Assembly (NCBI RefSeq): GCF_006345805.1
Contig: NC_043000.1
Coordinates: forward strand, 10,974,001 to 11,038,000
Length of the DNA stretch: 64,000 bases
Reading direction: 5' to 3'
Source of the DNA: Octopus sinensis
Lineage: Eukaryota
In this document: piece after piece, positions 12,553 to 24,069 of the stretch
Numbering within the stretch: the first letter of the stretch is position 1
How the letters are laid out: every line of letters starts with the position of its first letter
Notes under the pieces: model-generated
What the model was told of the DNA's origin: nothing
What the model saw: the letters and a program-made list of their open reading frames with translations, nothing else
The model's database searches: none
Position numbers and translations under genes: made by a program

Positions 12553-13132
12553 GGGGACAATTCACAAAAAACAAAAGACGAAGACAGGTGGTGTAGACAA
12601 CAAACAGATGTATTAGTATAAAGCTCACTCGGGAAGTGAAAAAGTCTTTAACGTTTCGAGCATACGCTCTTCCACAGAAAGAAACAAGGCGAGATAATAA
12701 AGAAGGTGTAGGAAAAAACGATAATAGAAAAAAGCAGAAAGTACAAAAAAAGTTTAGAAAGTATAAAAAAGTTATGAAAAGTTCAAAAGGTTCAAAAGCT
12801 TCAGACGTCGTGGAGTATTGGAGCGATTTTTCATCAACAGAGGAGTCCAGTGTATACAAAAATGGGGCAAGAATGCAAAACTTCCAGACAGTTAGGTAAT
12901 ACAAAAATGGGACAAGAATGCAAAACATCTAGATAGCCGATACAAGGAAAACAAGGACGGGTCATTTAGAGTTTTCTATCCTCAGATTATCTTTCCAATT
13001 TCGGCTGGTTATACTCAAGATTGCTCCAATCTGGCCAACTCCAAGGAAAAACTAACTAAGAGCATTAGATTCCTTGGAAGAAAGCAGCAAATGTATACAA
13101 AAAAACACAGAAATGTTACACAAAACAGAAAG

Positions 13133-13136
<4 letters not shown>
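12553..13136 (-). mobile_element. Probable Penelope-like terminal-repeat fragment with a variant hammerhead-like motif (12645-12682)
   Basis: Unique ~580-bp insert between (TA)n tracts. Minus strand reads UCUUU CUGUGGAA GAGC-GUAU-GCUC GAAA CG UU AAAGA, the minimal PLE hammerhead layout with a deviant core. Confidence 0.5.
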
Positions 13137-13175
<39 letters not shown>

Positions 13176-13973
13176 GGTGTAGGGATAGGTGTGTAGTAAG
13201 TAGCTTGCATATAAACCACATGGTTCCAGGTTCAGTCCCACTGCGTGGCACCTTGGACAAGTGTCTTTTACTATAGCCTCGGGCCAACCAAAGCCTTGTG
13301 AGTGGATTTGGTAGACAGAAACTGGAAAGAAACCTGTTGTATATATATATATATCATCATCATTGTTTAACGTCCGTTTTCTGTGCTAGCACGGGTTGGA
13401 CAGTTCGACCGGGGTCTGGGAAGCCAGGTGACTGTACCCGGCTCCAGTCTGATCTGGCAGTGTTTGTACAGCTGGATGCCCTTCCTAACGCCAACCACTC
13501 CGTGAGTGTAGTGGGTGCTTTTTACGTGCCACCGGCACAGGTGCCAGGGGAGGCTGCCCCCACCCAACATGCTGGTGTGTTTACGTCACCATAACTTAGT
13601 GGTTCGGCAAAAGAGACTGATAGAATAAGTACTAGACTTACAAAGAATAAGTCCTGGGGTCGATTTGCTCAACTAAAGGCGGTGAAGGGGACTTATTCTT
13701 TCGGGGTCGATTAAATAAGTACCAGTTACGCACTGGGGTCGATGTAATTGACTTCATCCATTTGTTTGAAATGACTGAAACAAGTAAAAGAGTATATATG
13801 TATGGAGGGAAGCTTTCTAGGTGCAATCCCATGGTCATTCATGACCAAAAGGGATCTTTACCCATTTTACTATTGCTATACTTGGGGTTGGTTATATTTT
13901 ACCAATTGAACACATACACTATATTGACTTCATTGCAGCTTTATTATTATTATTATCATTATTATTATTATTA

Positions 13974-14017
<44 letters not shown>

Positions 14018-14281
14018 TTATCTTCTTAGTCAAAGTACTTTCATCACACATCCTGTGATTTTATCAGCAGGTCTCTATTCCATGTTTCTCCTCTTGTTGA
14101 ACAGAAGGTGAGATGGGATAGAGAGTCACTGTAAAGGTCACAGGATGCAACAAAACAGCTTCGATAAAGACATTAAAATAACACTAATAAAGCTGAAGAC
14201 CAAGAGTATAATATGTGTATGTATGTGTGCATATATATATATATATATACACACACACACCTGGTATTTATTCTATTAAAA

Positions 14282-14318
14282 ATTGCTTCTTGGCCTTTTG
14301 GCTAAGATCAAAGTGTAA
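14282..14318 (+). pseudogene. U2: 3'-truncated U2 snRNA retrocopy (first ~37 nt)
   Basis: attgcttcttggccttttggctaagatcaaagtgtaa matches the U2 5' end ATCGCTTCTCGGCCTTTTGGCTAAGATCA(A)AGTGTAG with about 3 changes. Flanked by a 15-bp direct repeat tatttattc(t/a)attaa (14265-14279, 14319-14333). Confidence 0.85.
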
Positions 14319-14360
14319 TATTTATTCAATTAATACACACATATATGCGAGTGTGTGTGC

Positions 14361-14391
<31 letters not shown>

Positions 14392-14944
14392 ATCATCATC
14401 GTTTAGCGTCCATTTTCCATGCTAGCATGGGTTATATGTATATATATATTCTCTCTATTCTTTTTTACTTGTTTCAGTCATTTGACTGGCCATGCTGGAG
14501 CACTGCCTTTAGTCAAAAGAAATCGACCAGAGGACTTATTCTTTGTAAGCCTAGTACTTATTCTGTTGGTCTCTTGCTGAACCGCTGAGTTATAGAGATG
14601 TAAACACACCAACATTGGTTGGCAACTGATGGTGGGGTGGGGTGGGGGTGGGGACAAATGCAGACTCACAAATACATGCACTCACATACACACACACAAT
14701 GGGCTTCTTTCAGTTTCTGTCTACCAAATCTACTCACAAGGCTTTGGTCAGCTTGAGGCTAGAGTAGAAGGGTTGACTGAAAAGTTCATAAGTTGACTAT
14801 GAAAAGGTGATACTAGAGCTGTGAAATCTTGCATGCATTAATTTTAACCCTTCTTATTAATATCTGCATTGTTTCTTTTCAGGTAAACTGACATATGACT
14901 GTTCAAGGAAGACTTCAAAAGTAACTTGTAGCTACTTCTCTTGA

Positions 14945-15380
14945 AAATGGACAAAAATTTGGCATCTTGGTATTATCAAATACCTACAAAAAAAAAAAAA
15001 AGGGATTTATTCCCCATGGTTGCTACATTAAGGGATGATACTCCAGATTTATCAACAATACAAAAGTGGGCACTGAATTTAGGAGAGGAGGGGAGAGTCT
15101 TCAAGATGATCCAGGGTCTACCACCATCAAGAAAAACAGTGATTGTGTTCATCATATGGTGATGGCTGACAGGTGATTGACTATAAATCAAATAGACAAA
15201 GCTATTGGCATATCCTGTGAGAGAGTTGAGAATATTCTGCACAATGAACTTGGCATGACTAAGGTTTCTGCTTGGTGACTGCCATGTCTTCAGATACCTG
15301 ATCAAAAGCACACCAGGTTGATCACATTCTGGGAAAATCTGACAATGTTTGTGGCAGATCCAGCTGGTTTCCTTGAATGC
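14945..15380 (+). pseudogene. Mariner transposase N-terminal (HTH) relic
   Basis: Translations MVATLRDDTPDLSTIQKWA..., ...GISCERVENILHNELGMTKVSAW resemble the mariner HTH-to-WVPxxL region. Many stops and frameshifts. Confidence 0.75.
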
Positions 15381-15421
15381 TCATGGTCAGACATGTTTTT
15401 GCAGAATATTGGAAATGTATA

Positions 15422-15933
15422 CCGTAAATCCTCGAGTATAATCTGCATATTTTCTCCAAAATTTAAAGGTCAAAATCCCTAGTGCGTACTATACATGAGG
15501 TTAAAAATGAAAATTATTTTCTAAGCAATGTCCGAGTCTCTATTTTCTGTCCGGCAATGTTTATTCAGATGCATTTTGTGATGTCGGACGCGAAAATACC
15601 TTAAGCTAAGCCTGAAAGCAATGAAGTCATAAAAGAATCATCCATAACTTGCAATAAGCAACATTTATTAAACGTTATTACTGTTATTTCTTTATTTTCT
15701 GCAAAAAAAATGCACAAAAAAGCTACATGTTTGTATTATGCTGTATATACAATAATAATAAAGGACATTAACGTATACAGTTTTACAAACCAAGGACGTT
15801 ATATAGACCTCCTTGACTCAAGTTAGAGAAGGGGTGCATATTATACACAAGGTTTAGGTTTTTCAGAGGTACTGCTCCCTAAATATCCCCTGCATATTAT
15901 ACTCAAGGGTGGACTATACTTGAGGATTTGCAG
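15422..15933. mobile_element. Tc1/pogo-superfamily MITE (~510 bp)
   Basis: TA|CCGTAAATCCTCGAGTATA ... TATACTTGAGGATTTGCAG|TA: imperfect TIRs with a TA target. Confidence 0.75.
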
Positions 15934-16440
15934 TAACACTGCTTGTATGACAGCGACAGTCACAACTATCGCATGATGTATTTTTTGTGGAAGAATGAAA
16001 AAAAATGATGATTAATTTAATTACCATCATTACACAATGTCATGGCAATAGTTCACACACACACACAAGATGGGCTTCCTTCAATCTCCATCTACCAAAT
16101 CCACTGGCAAGGCTTTGATTGGACCTGGATAATAGTAGCAGGCACTTGCCCAAGGTGCCACACAGTGGAACTGAACCTGGAAGCAAGCTTCTTACCATGC
16201 AGCAAAAACCTTCACTCTTTTACTCTTTTACTTGTTTCAGTCATTTGACTGCAGCCATGCTGGAGCACCGCCTTTAGTCGAGGAAATCGACCCCAGGACT
16301 TATTCTTTGTAAGCCTAGTACTTATTCTATCAGTCTCTTTTGCCGAACTGCTAAGTTACGGGGATGTAAACACACCAGCATTGGTTGTCAAGCGATGTTG
16401 GAGGGGACAAACACAGCGGACACACACACACACACACACA

Positions 16441-16491
<51 letters not shown>

Positions 16492-16989
16492 AATATACGA
16501 CGGGCTTCTTTCAGTTTCCGTTTACCAAATCCACTCACAGGGCTTTGATTGGCCCGAGGCTATAGTAGAAGACACTTGCCCAAAGTGCCATGCTTTGGGA
16601 CTGAACCCGGAACCATGTGATTGGTAAGCAAGCTACTTACCACACAGCCACTCCTGCACCTATACACATTCTTACAACAAGGATGGAGAGCAGAGGAGAG
16701 GAATAACCAGGAATGGAGGAGGCAAATGAAAAGTTCACTCTGAGGAACAGAGGCCAATACAATAGAGGGAGAAAAAATAAGGAGAGGAGACGGAGGATCA
16801 GAAATGGGAGGGATTTTATACTAATCAATCAAATGACCTTTCTCTGGTTGAAGTTTAAGATATCTGTGTGTGTGTTCTATTTGTACTTTAATAATTGACG
16901 ACAGACCATCAACCATCTTCTATTATGCTAATGAATTGTGCTATTCATAATCTTCATTACATCTTAATAGGAGGTCTTCTGCTTTTAGC

Positions 16990-17225
16990 AAAAGGCTGTG
17001 AGCTGGCAGAAACGTTAGCATGCCGGGCGAAATGCGTAGCCGTATTTTGTCTGTCGTTACGTTCCGAGTTCAAATTCTGCCGAGGTCGACTTTGCTTTCA
17101 TCCTTTCGGGGTCGATAAATTAAGTACCAGTTACGCACTGGGGTCGATGTAAACGACTTAATCCATTTGTCTGTTCTTGTTTGTCCCCTCCGTGTTTAGC
17201 CCCTTGTGGGTAGTAAAAAAATATA
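16990..17225 (+). mobile_element. tRNA-derived SINE family B (MetaSINE-like core, representative copy)
   Basis: gagctggcagaaacgttagc...gagttcaaattctgccgaggtcgactttgctttcatcctttcggggtcgataaattaagtaccagtt. Copies, approx.: 4625-4862(-), 11100-11330(+), 28337-28900(+, rearranged tandem), 28900-29345(+), 32330-32515(+), 40660-41220(+), 46110-46335(-), 53110-53345(-). The Meta-core assignment is from memory. Confidence 0.8.
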
Positions 17226-17680
17226 TTGTCTTTTAGCAACTTGCAAAAGAGTAATAAGCAGATCCTGATGTGTCATAACTATAACAAAGCTTGTCAGTTC
17301 ATCCTTCACCCCAAACTGCCAAATGCATCATGGTTTAACCACAAGGCCCTAACTTTATGCAACTAAAAAAATAAATAAATAAAGTTCCTTCTTGAGTGAT
17401 ATAGACACAGAGGGCTGGTTTCCACAGCGTATATATTCCCCACCTGGATGGGATGCCAGTCTGCCGCAGGATTACTCATTTTTGCCAGTTGAGTGGCAAT
17501 GGGAAATTAAATGTTTTGCTCAAGAACACAATGCATCACCTGGTCCAAGGATTGAAACCACAATCTTGTGATCATGAGTCCAGCACCCTAACCACTAAGC
17601 CATGTGCCTCCACACCTAAAGGATAATCTTACTAAAGACATGAACTGACAGAAGCATTAACATGTTGAAAAAAATGGTTA

Positions 17681-17953
17681 CAGTAATCCCTCACCATATC
17701 GCGGTTCACCTGTCACAGTTCATTATTTAGGCTTACATCAGTTCCTCCATGGTGATGTTTTGCATGGCACGTAAAAAGCACCCACTACACTCACGGAGTG
17801 GTTGGCGTTAGGAAGGGCATCCAGCTGTAGAAACATTGCCAGATTAGACTGGAGCCTGGTGCAGCCTTCTGGCTTCCCAGATCCCCGGTCGAACCGTCCA
17901 ACCCATGCTAGCATGGAGAACGGACGTAAACGACGATGATATATACGTATATG

Positions 17954-17984
<31 letters not shown>

Positions 17985-18547
17985 GTATATTATATATATA
18001 TATTACACTCACGGAGTGGTTGGCGTTAGGAAGGGCATCCAGCTGTAGAAACATTGCCAAATTAGACTGGAGCCTGGTGCAGCCTTCTGGCTTCCCAGAT
18101 CCCCGGTCGAACCGTCCAACCCATGCTAGCATGGAGAACGGACGTTAAACGACGATGATGATGATGATGAAATTATAAAAATAATTAAAAAATATACAGT
18201 ACAGTACTCTCTCTTTACTCTTTTAGTTGTTTCAGTCATTTGACTGTGGCCATGCTGGAGCACTGCCTTTAGTCGAGCAAATCGACCCCAGGACTTATTC
18301 TTTGTAAGCCTAGTACTTATGCTATTGGTCTGTTTCACCTAATTGCTAATTTACGGGGACGTAAACACACCAGAATCAGTTGTCAAGCAATGTTGGGGAG
18401 ACAAACACAGACATGCAAACTTACACACACAACACACACACACAACACACACACACACACACACACACAACCACACACACACACACATACACACATACAT
18501 ACATACATACATACATACATACATACATACATACATACATACATACA

Positions 18548-18583
<36 letters not shown>

Positions 18584-18835
18584 TACATATATACGACGGG
18601 CTTCTTTCAGTTTCCATCTACCAAATCCACTCACAAGGCTTTGGTCGGCCTGAGGCTATAGTAGAAGACACTTGCCCAAGGTGCCAAGTAGTGGGACTGA
18701 ACCTAGAACCATGTGGTTGGTAAGCAAGCTACTTACCACACAGCCACTCCCACACCTACTGTTTCTACTTTGCGGATTTTTCACCTATTGTGGGGAATTT
18801 GAAACATAACACCCGTGATAGTCGAGGGATTACTG
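17681..18835. mobile_element. pogo/Tigger-like MITE split by nested insertions
   Basis: TA|CAGTAATCCCTC at 17681 and GAGGGATTACTG|TA ending at 18835. The interior holds two RTE 3' ends and a SINE. Confidence 0.7.
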
Positions 18836-20344
18836 TAGTAGCTTTTCTTCAGGCTCTTTATGCTTTCGGTTCAAATCCTGCTGGGGTCAACTTTGCCTTT
18901 CATCCCCTCAGGACAGGCCTGTCACCAGACTTTGGTGCTTGGGGTTGCTTCAGAATATTCTGGGTGGGCACTAATTTGTAATAATGCTAAAGTAGAGTTT
19001 TGAAATAAGAGTATCACTTTAAATCTGAAGATGCACCATTGAATAGTGATGGGGCAGCATTGTCCAGTGCACTCCCTTAGCGACGACCATGCTTTGGAGT
19101 TGATAAAATAAAGCAGTCAAGTGCTGGGGAGACGTGGTTAATGTAATAGACTTGTTCCTTCCCCTCAAAAATTGCTGGTCTTGAATCCTGCAACAGACAA
19201 GCATATATTCCTCAAGGGAATGCTTTGATTTTGGTCACTTATACATCATGGAAACTAGGTAAACTGACCTTATGAATCTTGGGGCTCAAGAAAAAAAAAT
19301 ACATGATATGACTGTATACATATCTGTCCTATACCAAGTGACACAGTTTACATTGATGAGCATCTCCAGAATATTCTACAGTCAAGTATTGATACTTTAG
19401 TGACCTAGCAACATTTAACCTTTAGCATGCTGTAGGTGCATCATGTCACTATGAATTTTCTCCCTTGTAGTAACAGGGCAATTCTTGAGAAAATGTCATT
19501 TGCTAAAGGTTAATCTCACATAACCATTTGTGATCCTAACTAAACAGAGTTATGCTACTGCAAGCCTACTCAGGAACACTTTCCAATTAAAGCTATCCAA
19601 CGCAATCCAATGAAGAGCCTTTATGTGATGCAGCATGAATTTCAGGTAAATCACATTCTTTTAACCCTCTTAATACCAACCTATCTGAGACCACCCTTGG
19701 TCCTGTGATTCAAACTTCCTGTTTTAAAGGGATTTACATTAAAACCTTCCTTCAAAATTTTATGTTAATTTCTGTTTCGCACAACAGCTGTTGACAGCAA
19801 AGATTTTTTTTTACTAAATTCTTCAAAATTAAATGAAACAAAGGCAGTGTATTTCAGGGTTAAAGAAGTGATTTATATACCTGCATTCCAAAAGCTAAAA
19901 TAAAGTAACAAGAGCCTTTATTGTTTAATCAGGAATTTGGGTCAAAATTTTCATGAGATATCAGTTTTCATTGATATCAATTTTCATAGGTCTTGATTTA
20001 TATTTATTCTGATAACAAATGATAACACTTAAATTGAGAGCTCAGGCTGGTTTTTCACATCAATAAACACCAAAAACAACAACAAAAATAAAAGCATCAC
20101 TGGTACCACGGTTACCTTGAAAATTATTTTTCTTATCAAGATAATAAGCAATATTTGTATTTTAAATGCAACAAGTTTTAATAATTTTTTTCTGATTCTT
20201 CTCACTAATTATTACATTATTCTATTATTCTATTGCTTTATTCTATTGCTTTATCTGTTCAACTGCCCTACTTTGTATGTTCAGATATGTTGCTTTGTTT
20301 GTCCAGCTAGATTATTTTGTCTCTCCACCTACATTCCTCCGTGC

Positions 20345-20680
20345 CGGTGGCACATAAAATGCACCATCCGATCGTGGCCGTTTGCCAGCCTCATCTGGCC
20401 CTGTGCTGGTGGCACGTAAAAAGCACCATCCGATCGTGGCCGTTTGCCAGCCTCGTCTGGCACCTATGCAGGTGGCACGTAAAAAGCACCATCCGATCGT
20501 GGCCGTTTGCCAGCCTCGTCTGGCACCTATGCAGGTGGCATGTAAAAAGCACCATCCGATCGTGGCCGTTTGCCAGCCTCGTCTGGCACCTGTGCAGGTG
20601 GCACGTAAAAAGCACCATCCGATCGTGGCCGTTTGCCAGCCTCGTCTGGCACCTGTGCAGGTGGTACGTAAAAAGCACCC
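20345..20680 (+). repeat. 63-bp tandem repeat (~5 units) inside an RTE 3' UTR copy
   Basis: Unit ggtggcacgtaaaaagcaccatccgatcgtggccgtttgccagcctcgtctggcacct(a/g)tgca. It gives the 21-aa periodic ORFs in the track. Confidence 0.9.
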
Positions 20681-21104
20681 ACTACACTCACGGAGTGGTT
20701 GGTGTTAGGAAGGGCATCCAGCTGTAGAAACATTGCCAGATCAGACTGGGCCTGGCGCAGCCTTCTGGCTTCCCAGACCCCAGTTGAACCGTCCAACCCA
20801 TGCTAGCATGGAAAACGGACTTTAAACGATGATGATGATGATGATGATCTACATTACTCTGTCCAGTTCCATTACTTTGTCCAGCTTTATTACTCTATCT
20901 AGCTACATCATTTCGTCCAGCTACATCACGTTGCCCATTCTGCTTCATTTCTTTGTCCAGTTGTATTGTCCAGCTTTGTTAGTTTCTTTATGTCCTGTTA
21001 TGTATACTTGTATGTACAGTTGTGTTGTTGTTTATATCCAGCTGTGTTGCTTAGTGTGCCTTGTTGCGTTTGCCTTCATCCTAATTCCTTTATTCTCTCA
21101 ACAG

Positions 21105-21187
21105 TTACACAATGTGCTCAGTTCTGTTACCCTTACCCCAGATCAAGTTACCCAAGTTAAATTGAACTGTGAAAAGAGAATGCACAG
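21105..21187 (+). CDS. HEMK1: HEMK1 coding exon
   Basis: ttattctctcaacag|TTA...CACAG|gtaaac. 83 nt: LHNVLSSVTLTPDQVTQVKLNCEKRMH + AG. Phase 0 in, phase 2 out, fitting both neighbours. Confidence 0.88.
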
Positions 21188-21368
21188 GTAAACTAGTTCT
21201 TTTCAACATATTTTGAACAAGGTTTTACAGAGACAGAGTGGACTGTCTAGCTGTCTTCAGTGATGTGGTGTGCAGAGTGCATATGTTCTGCCTGAAGATT
21301 TTCAGTGATGTATTTGTCTCTCATCTTTAGTATTTTGTATTTGTGTCCTATCAGAGTTGTGGTTTGGG

Positions 21369-21410
<42 letters not shown>

Positions 21411-21626
21411 AATAACTTGGTACATTATTGTGTTTTAATGTGTCTGTGCATCAAGGCTTAAAAATCAGTCACTTGGCCTTTGTTTGCATGTATTAGATAA
21501 GATATTGACTGTATACGTGTTTGGTTATCATCTGCTCCACTCTTGTTATATGAGCAGTGTTCTCATGTAATTTTATTTCTAGTATTCTATTACTCCCAAG
21601 TATTTAAAACTTGTCAAAGTGTTTAA

Positions 21627-21845
21627 CCCTTTAGTGTTCAGATTATTCTATCAAACATAATGCCTATTGATTCCCATTGATTTGAATTAATCATGCATTA
21701 TCTCATATCTTCAAGATCTTGATGGTGTAATTACCTAATGTAGAATAACATTGTAGGGTAGGTGTGGGAGCCTGGATCTGGTCAGTTTGAATATAAAACA
21801 GATGAAATATTTTGGCCGGATAGGGCTGGTTTAAATACTAAAGAG
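21627..21845. mobile_element. Second piggyBac-type MITE family
   Basis: TTAA|CCCTTTAGTGTTCAGA...TTTAAATACTAAAGAG|TTAA; homologous to 47745-48228. Confidence 0.65.
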
Positions 21846-21864
21846 TTAAAACTGATTGTTCATA

Positions 21865-22100
21865 GAAACTTCTGTATGCTGATGACTTAGTTTTCATTTG
21901 CTGAACATAGCAAAGAAAAATATTGTTTTATCTTTCAAGTAGGAAAGAAAGGTCTTAACTGCCATATGGCTATGCTATGCTTGATACCTATAAAAAATGT
22001 AAGTAGGCATTGCATGCAGTGTATTCAATGTGAACTGTAGGTACTGAAACAATACAGTGCAATTTCAGGAAAGCTGATAGAAGGACTTTGAATGGAACAA
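21865..22100 (+). pseudogene. RTE RT relic (YADD)
   Basis: aaacttctgtatgctgatgacttagtt = KLLYADDLV; otherwise heavily decayed. Confidence 0.55.
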
Positions 22101-22164
22101 TGTATGGGAGTTGTTGTTGGTAAAGTTTTCATCTGTATTGGGAGATCACAGCTCCAGTACTATG

Positions 22165-22620
22165 GATATGTGGTTAAAATGTCACAGGAAAGAATCACAA
22201 GATGGATTTTTTGATCCAAGCCAACCAACAGGAGCCCCAGGAGTAGACCAAGAACAAGATGCTTGGATAATATCCATAATTTCAGTTAGTCACGTTTGAG
22301 AATCCACCAGAAAAGTTAATGATGATTTTAACAATGCTGATCATTAAAATGGTAATTTTAATGATGATTGTGATTAATGATAATTTAATGATGATTGATG
22401 ATCATCAAAATTTTTAAATGATAATCATCAAAATGATGATTGTGGTTAATAATGATATGTGGTTAAAATGTCTCAGGAAATAATTACAAGATGGATTCTT
22501 CGATCCAAGCCAACCAACAGGAGCCCTAGGAGTAGGCCAAGAACAAGATGTTTGGATGATATCCATAATTTCAGTTGGCCGTGTTTGGGAATCCTGCAGG
22601 AAAGTTAATGATGATTGCTT
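22165..22620 (+). repeat. Direct duplication (~165 bp x2) of an RTE C-terminal fragment separated by a (GAT)-like tract
   Basis: gatatgtggttaaaatgtc...gatccaagccaaccaacaggagccc...ataatttcagtt...aaagttaatgatgatt at ~22165-22328 and ~22454-22617. A related fragment lies at 35990-36330. Confidence 0.7.
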
Positions 22621-22959
22621 CTGATAGGACCCCATGGAGGAGGTGCATGAGGACTCTATCTCCACAACATTTCTAGGTATAGGGAATAGGGGGTGATGAA
22701 ACTGGAGGAAAGATGGACTTGGAAGGTTCTTTAGTAGTTAACTTTTTCTGTTATGTAGGTCACTTATTCAGCTGTAGAGTGGAGTATTCTAAAAGTACGT
22801 AGCATAAGTAAGAACAGGGAACTATTTTGTGGAAGATTAGTGACTGCCCAGGAATCAAGTAATTTTTGCCCATTACATGTTTTCAACACCAGAGCTGAAT
22901 CATTCTGAAAGACAAAAAACTTTCAATCTTATTCAGCATAATTTTTTTCCATAGAAAGC

Positions 22960-23910
22960 AGTCTTTATATGTGGCAGATGTGCAGGCACATTAAACACCA
23001 GGAATGTCCAAAAATTAGACTCACTCTAATGTCAATGGGCATCCTTAGGAGTAGTAGACAGTTTTCATCATTTAGGTGACCAAGTTAGCAGTGGTGGATG
23101 TTGTTTGGAAAGAATTGCTGCTAGAATAAGAATGGACTGAGCAAAGTGCAGAGAGCTGCTACCTCTTTTAGTAACGAAAGGCTTCTCTCTCAAAGTGAAA
23201 GGTAGATTGTATGATGCATGTATGTGAACAACTATGCTACATGGCAGTGAGACATGGGCTGTGACCATTGAGGATATCTGAAGGCTTGAAAGAAATGAAG
23301 CCAGTATGTGTCGTTGGGTGGGTAATGTCAGTGTGCATATGCAGCAGAATGTGTCTTGAGAGAAAAACTTGGAATATGAGGCATCAGATGTAGTGTGCAA
23401 GAGAGAAGACTGCACTGGTATGGTCATGTAATGCATATGAATGAAGACAGTTGCATTAAAAAGTGCCAATCTCTCATTGTGGAGGGAATGTGTGGGATAA
23501 AGTAGTGAGAAAGGATCTTCAGATGTTGGGCCTCAAGGAGAAGACAAGGGACTCAGACTTCTGGTGGTTTTCTCTGCTTGAGAAGACATGTCAAACTAAG
23601 GGAAATTGTGGTTGTCCTTGCATACAAGCATGTCCCAGGCATCCCTCTTTAGCTAAGTAATTTCATCTTGTAGGTCCATGGGTACTGGTGCCATGTAAAA
23701 AGTACCCATGTCAGTGCCATGTGAAAACTTTCATGTCAGTGCTGTGTAAAAGCATCCACTACACTCTGTAAGGTGGTTGGTATTAGGAAGGACATCCAGC
23801 CATAGAAACCATGCCAAAACAGACATGGAGCCAGGGCAGCTCTCCAGCTAACCAGCTCCTGTCAAACCATCCAACCCATGCCAGCATGGAAAATGGATGT
23901 TAAATGCTGA
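22960..23910 (+). mobile_element. RTE-clade LINE 3' portion (end of ORF2, 3' UTR and (GAT)n-like tail)
   Basis: Degraded VVDSFHHLGDQVSSGGCCLE...ELLPLLVTKGFSLKVKGRLYDAC...MLHGSETWAVT, followed by the ggtggttggtattaggaaggacatccagc...ccaacccatgccagcatggaaaatggatgttaaatgctgatgat 3' UTR. Confidence 0.85.
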
Positions 23911-24069
23911 TGATAATCATCATTATCCTGTAATGCATCTGGACACATTGTCAGTAATGTTTCCTGGGGGTCATTGGTTGCTTTGAATCTTTCAGTAATC
24001 AGACACCCTCACCCAGGTGAACCAGCCAGGGCTGATCAAGCTCTAGCTGCTATCTGGTTAGCACCACCC

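Noticed and set aside
19548-19645. Candidate extra HEMK1 exon (aacag|...TTTCAG|gtaaat)
   Set aside because: 98 nt would shift the frame, it has a stop in the required phase, and it shows no HemK similarity. The flanking exons join correctly without it. A poison exon cannot be excluded.
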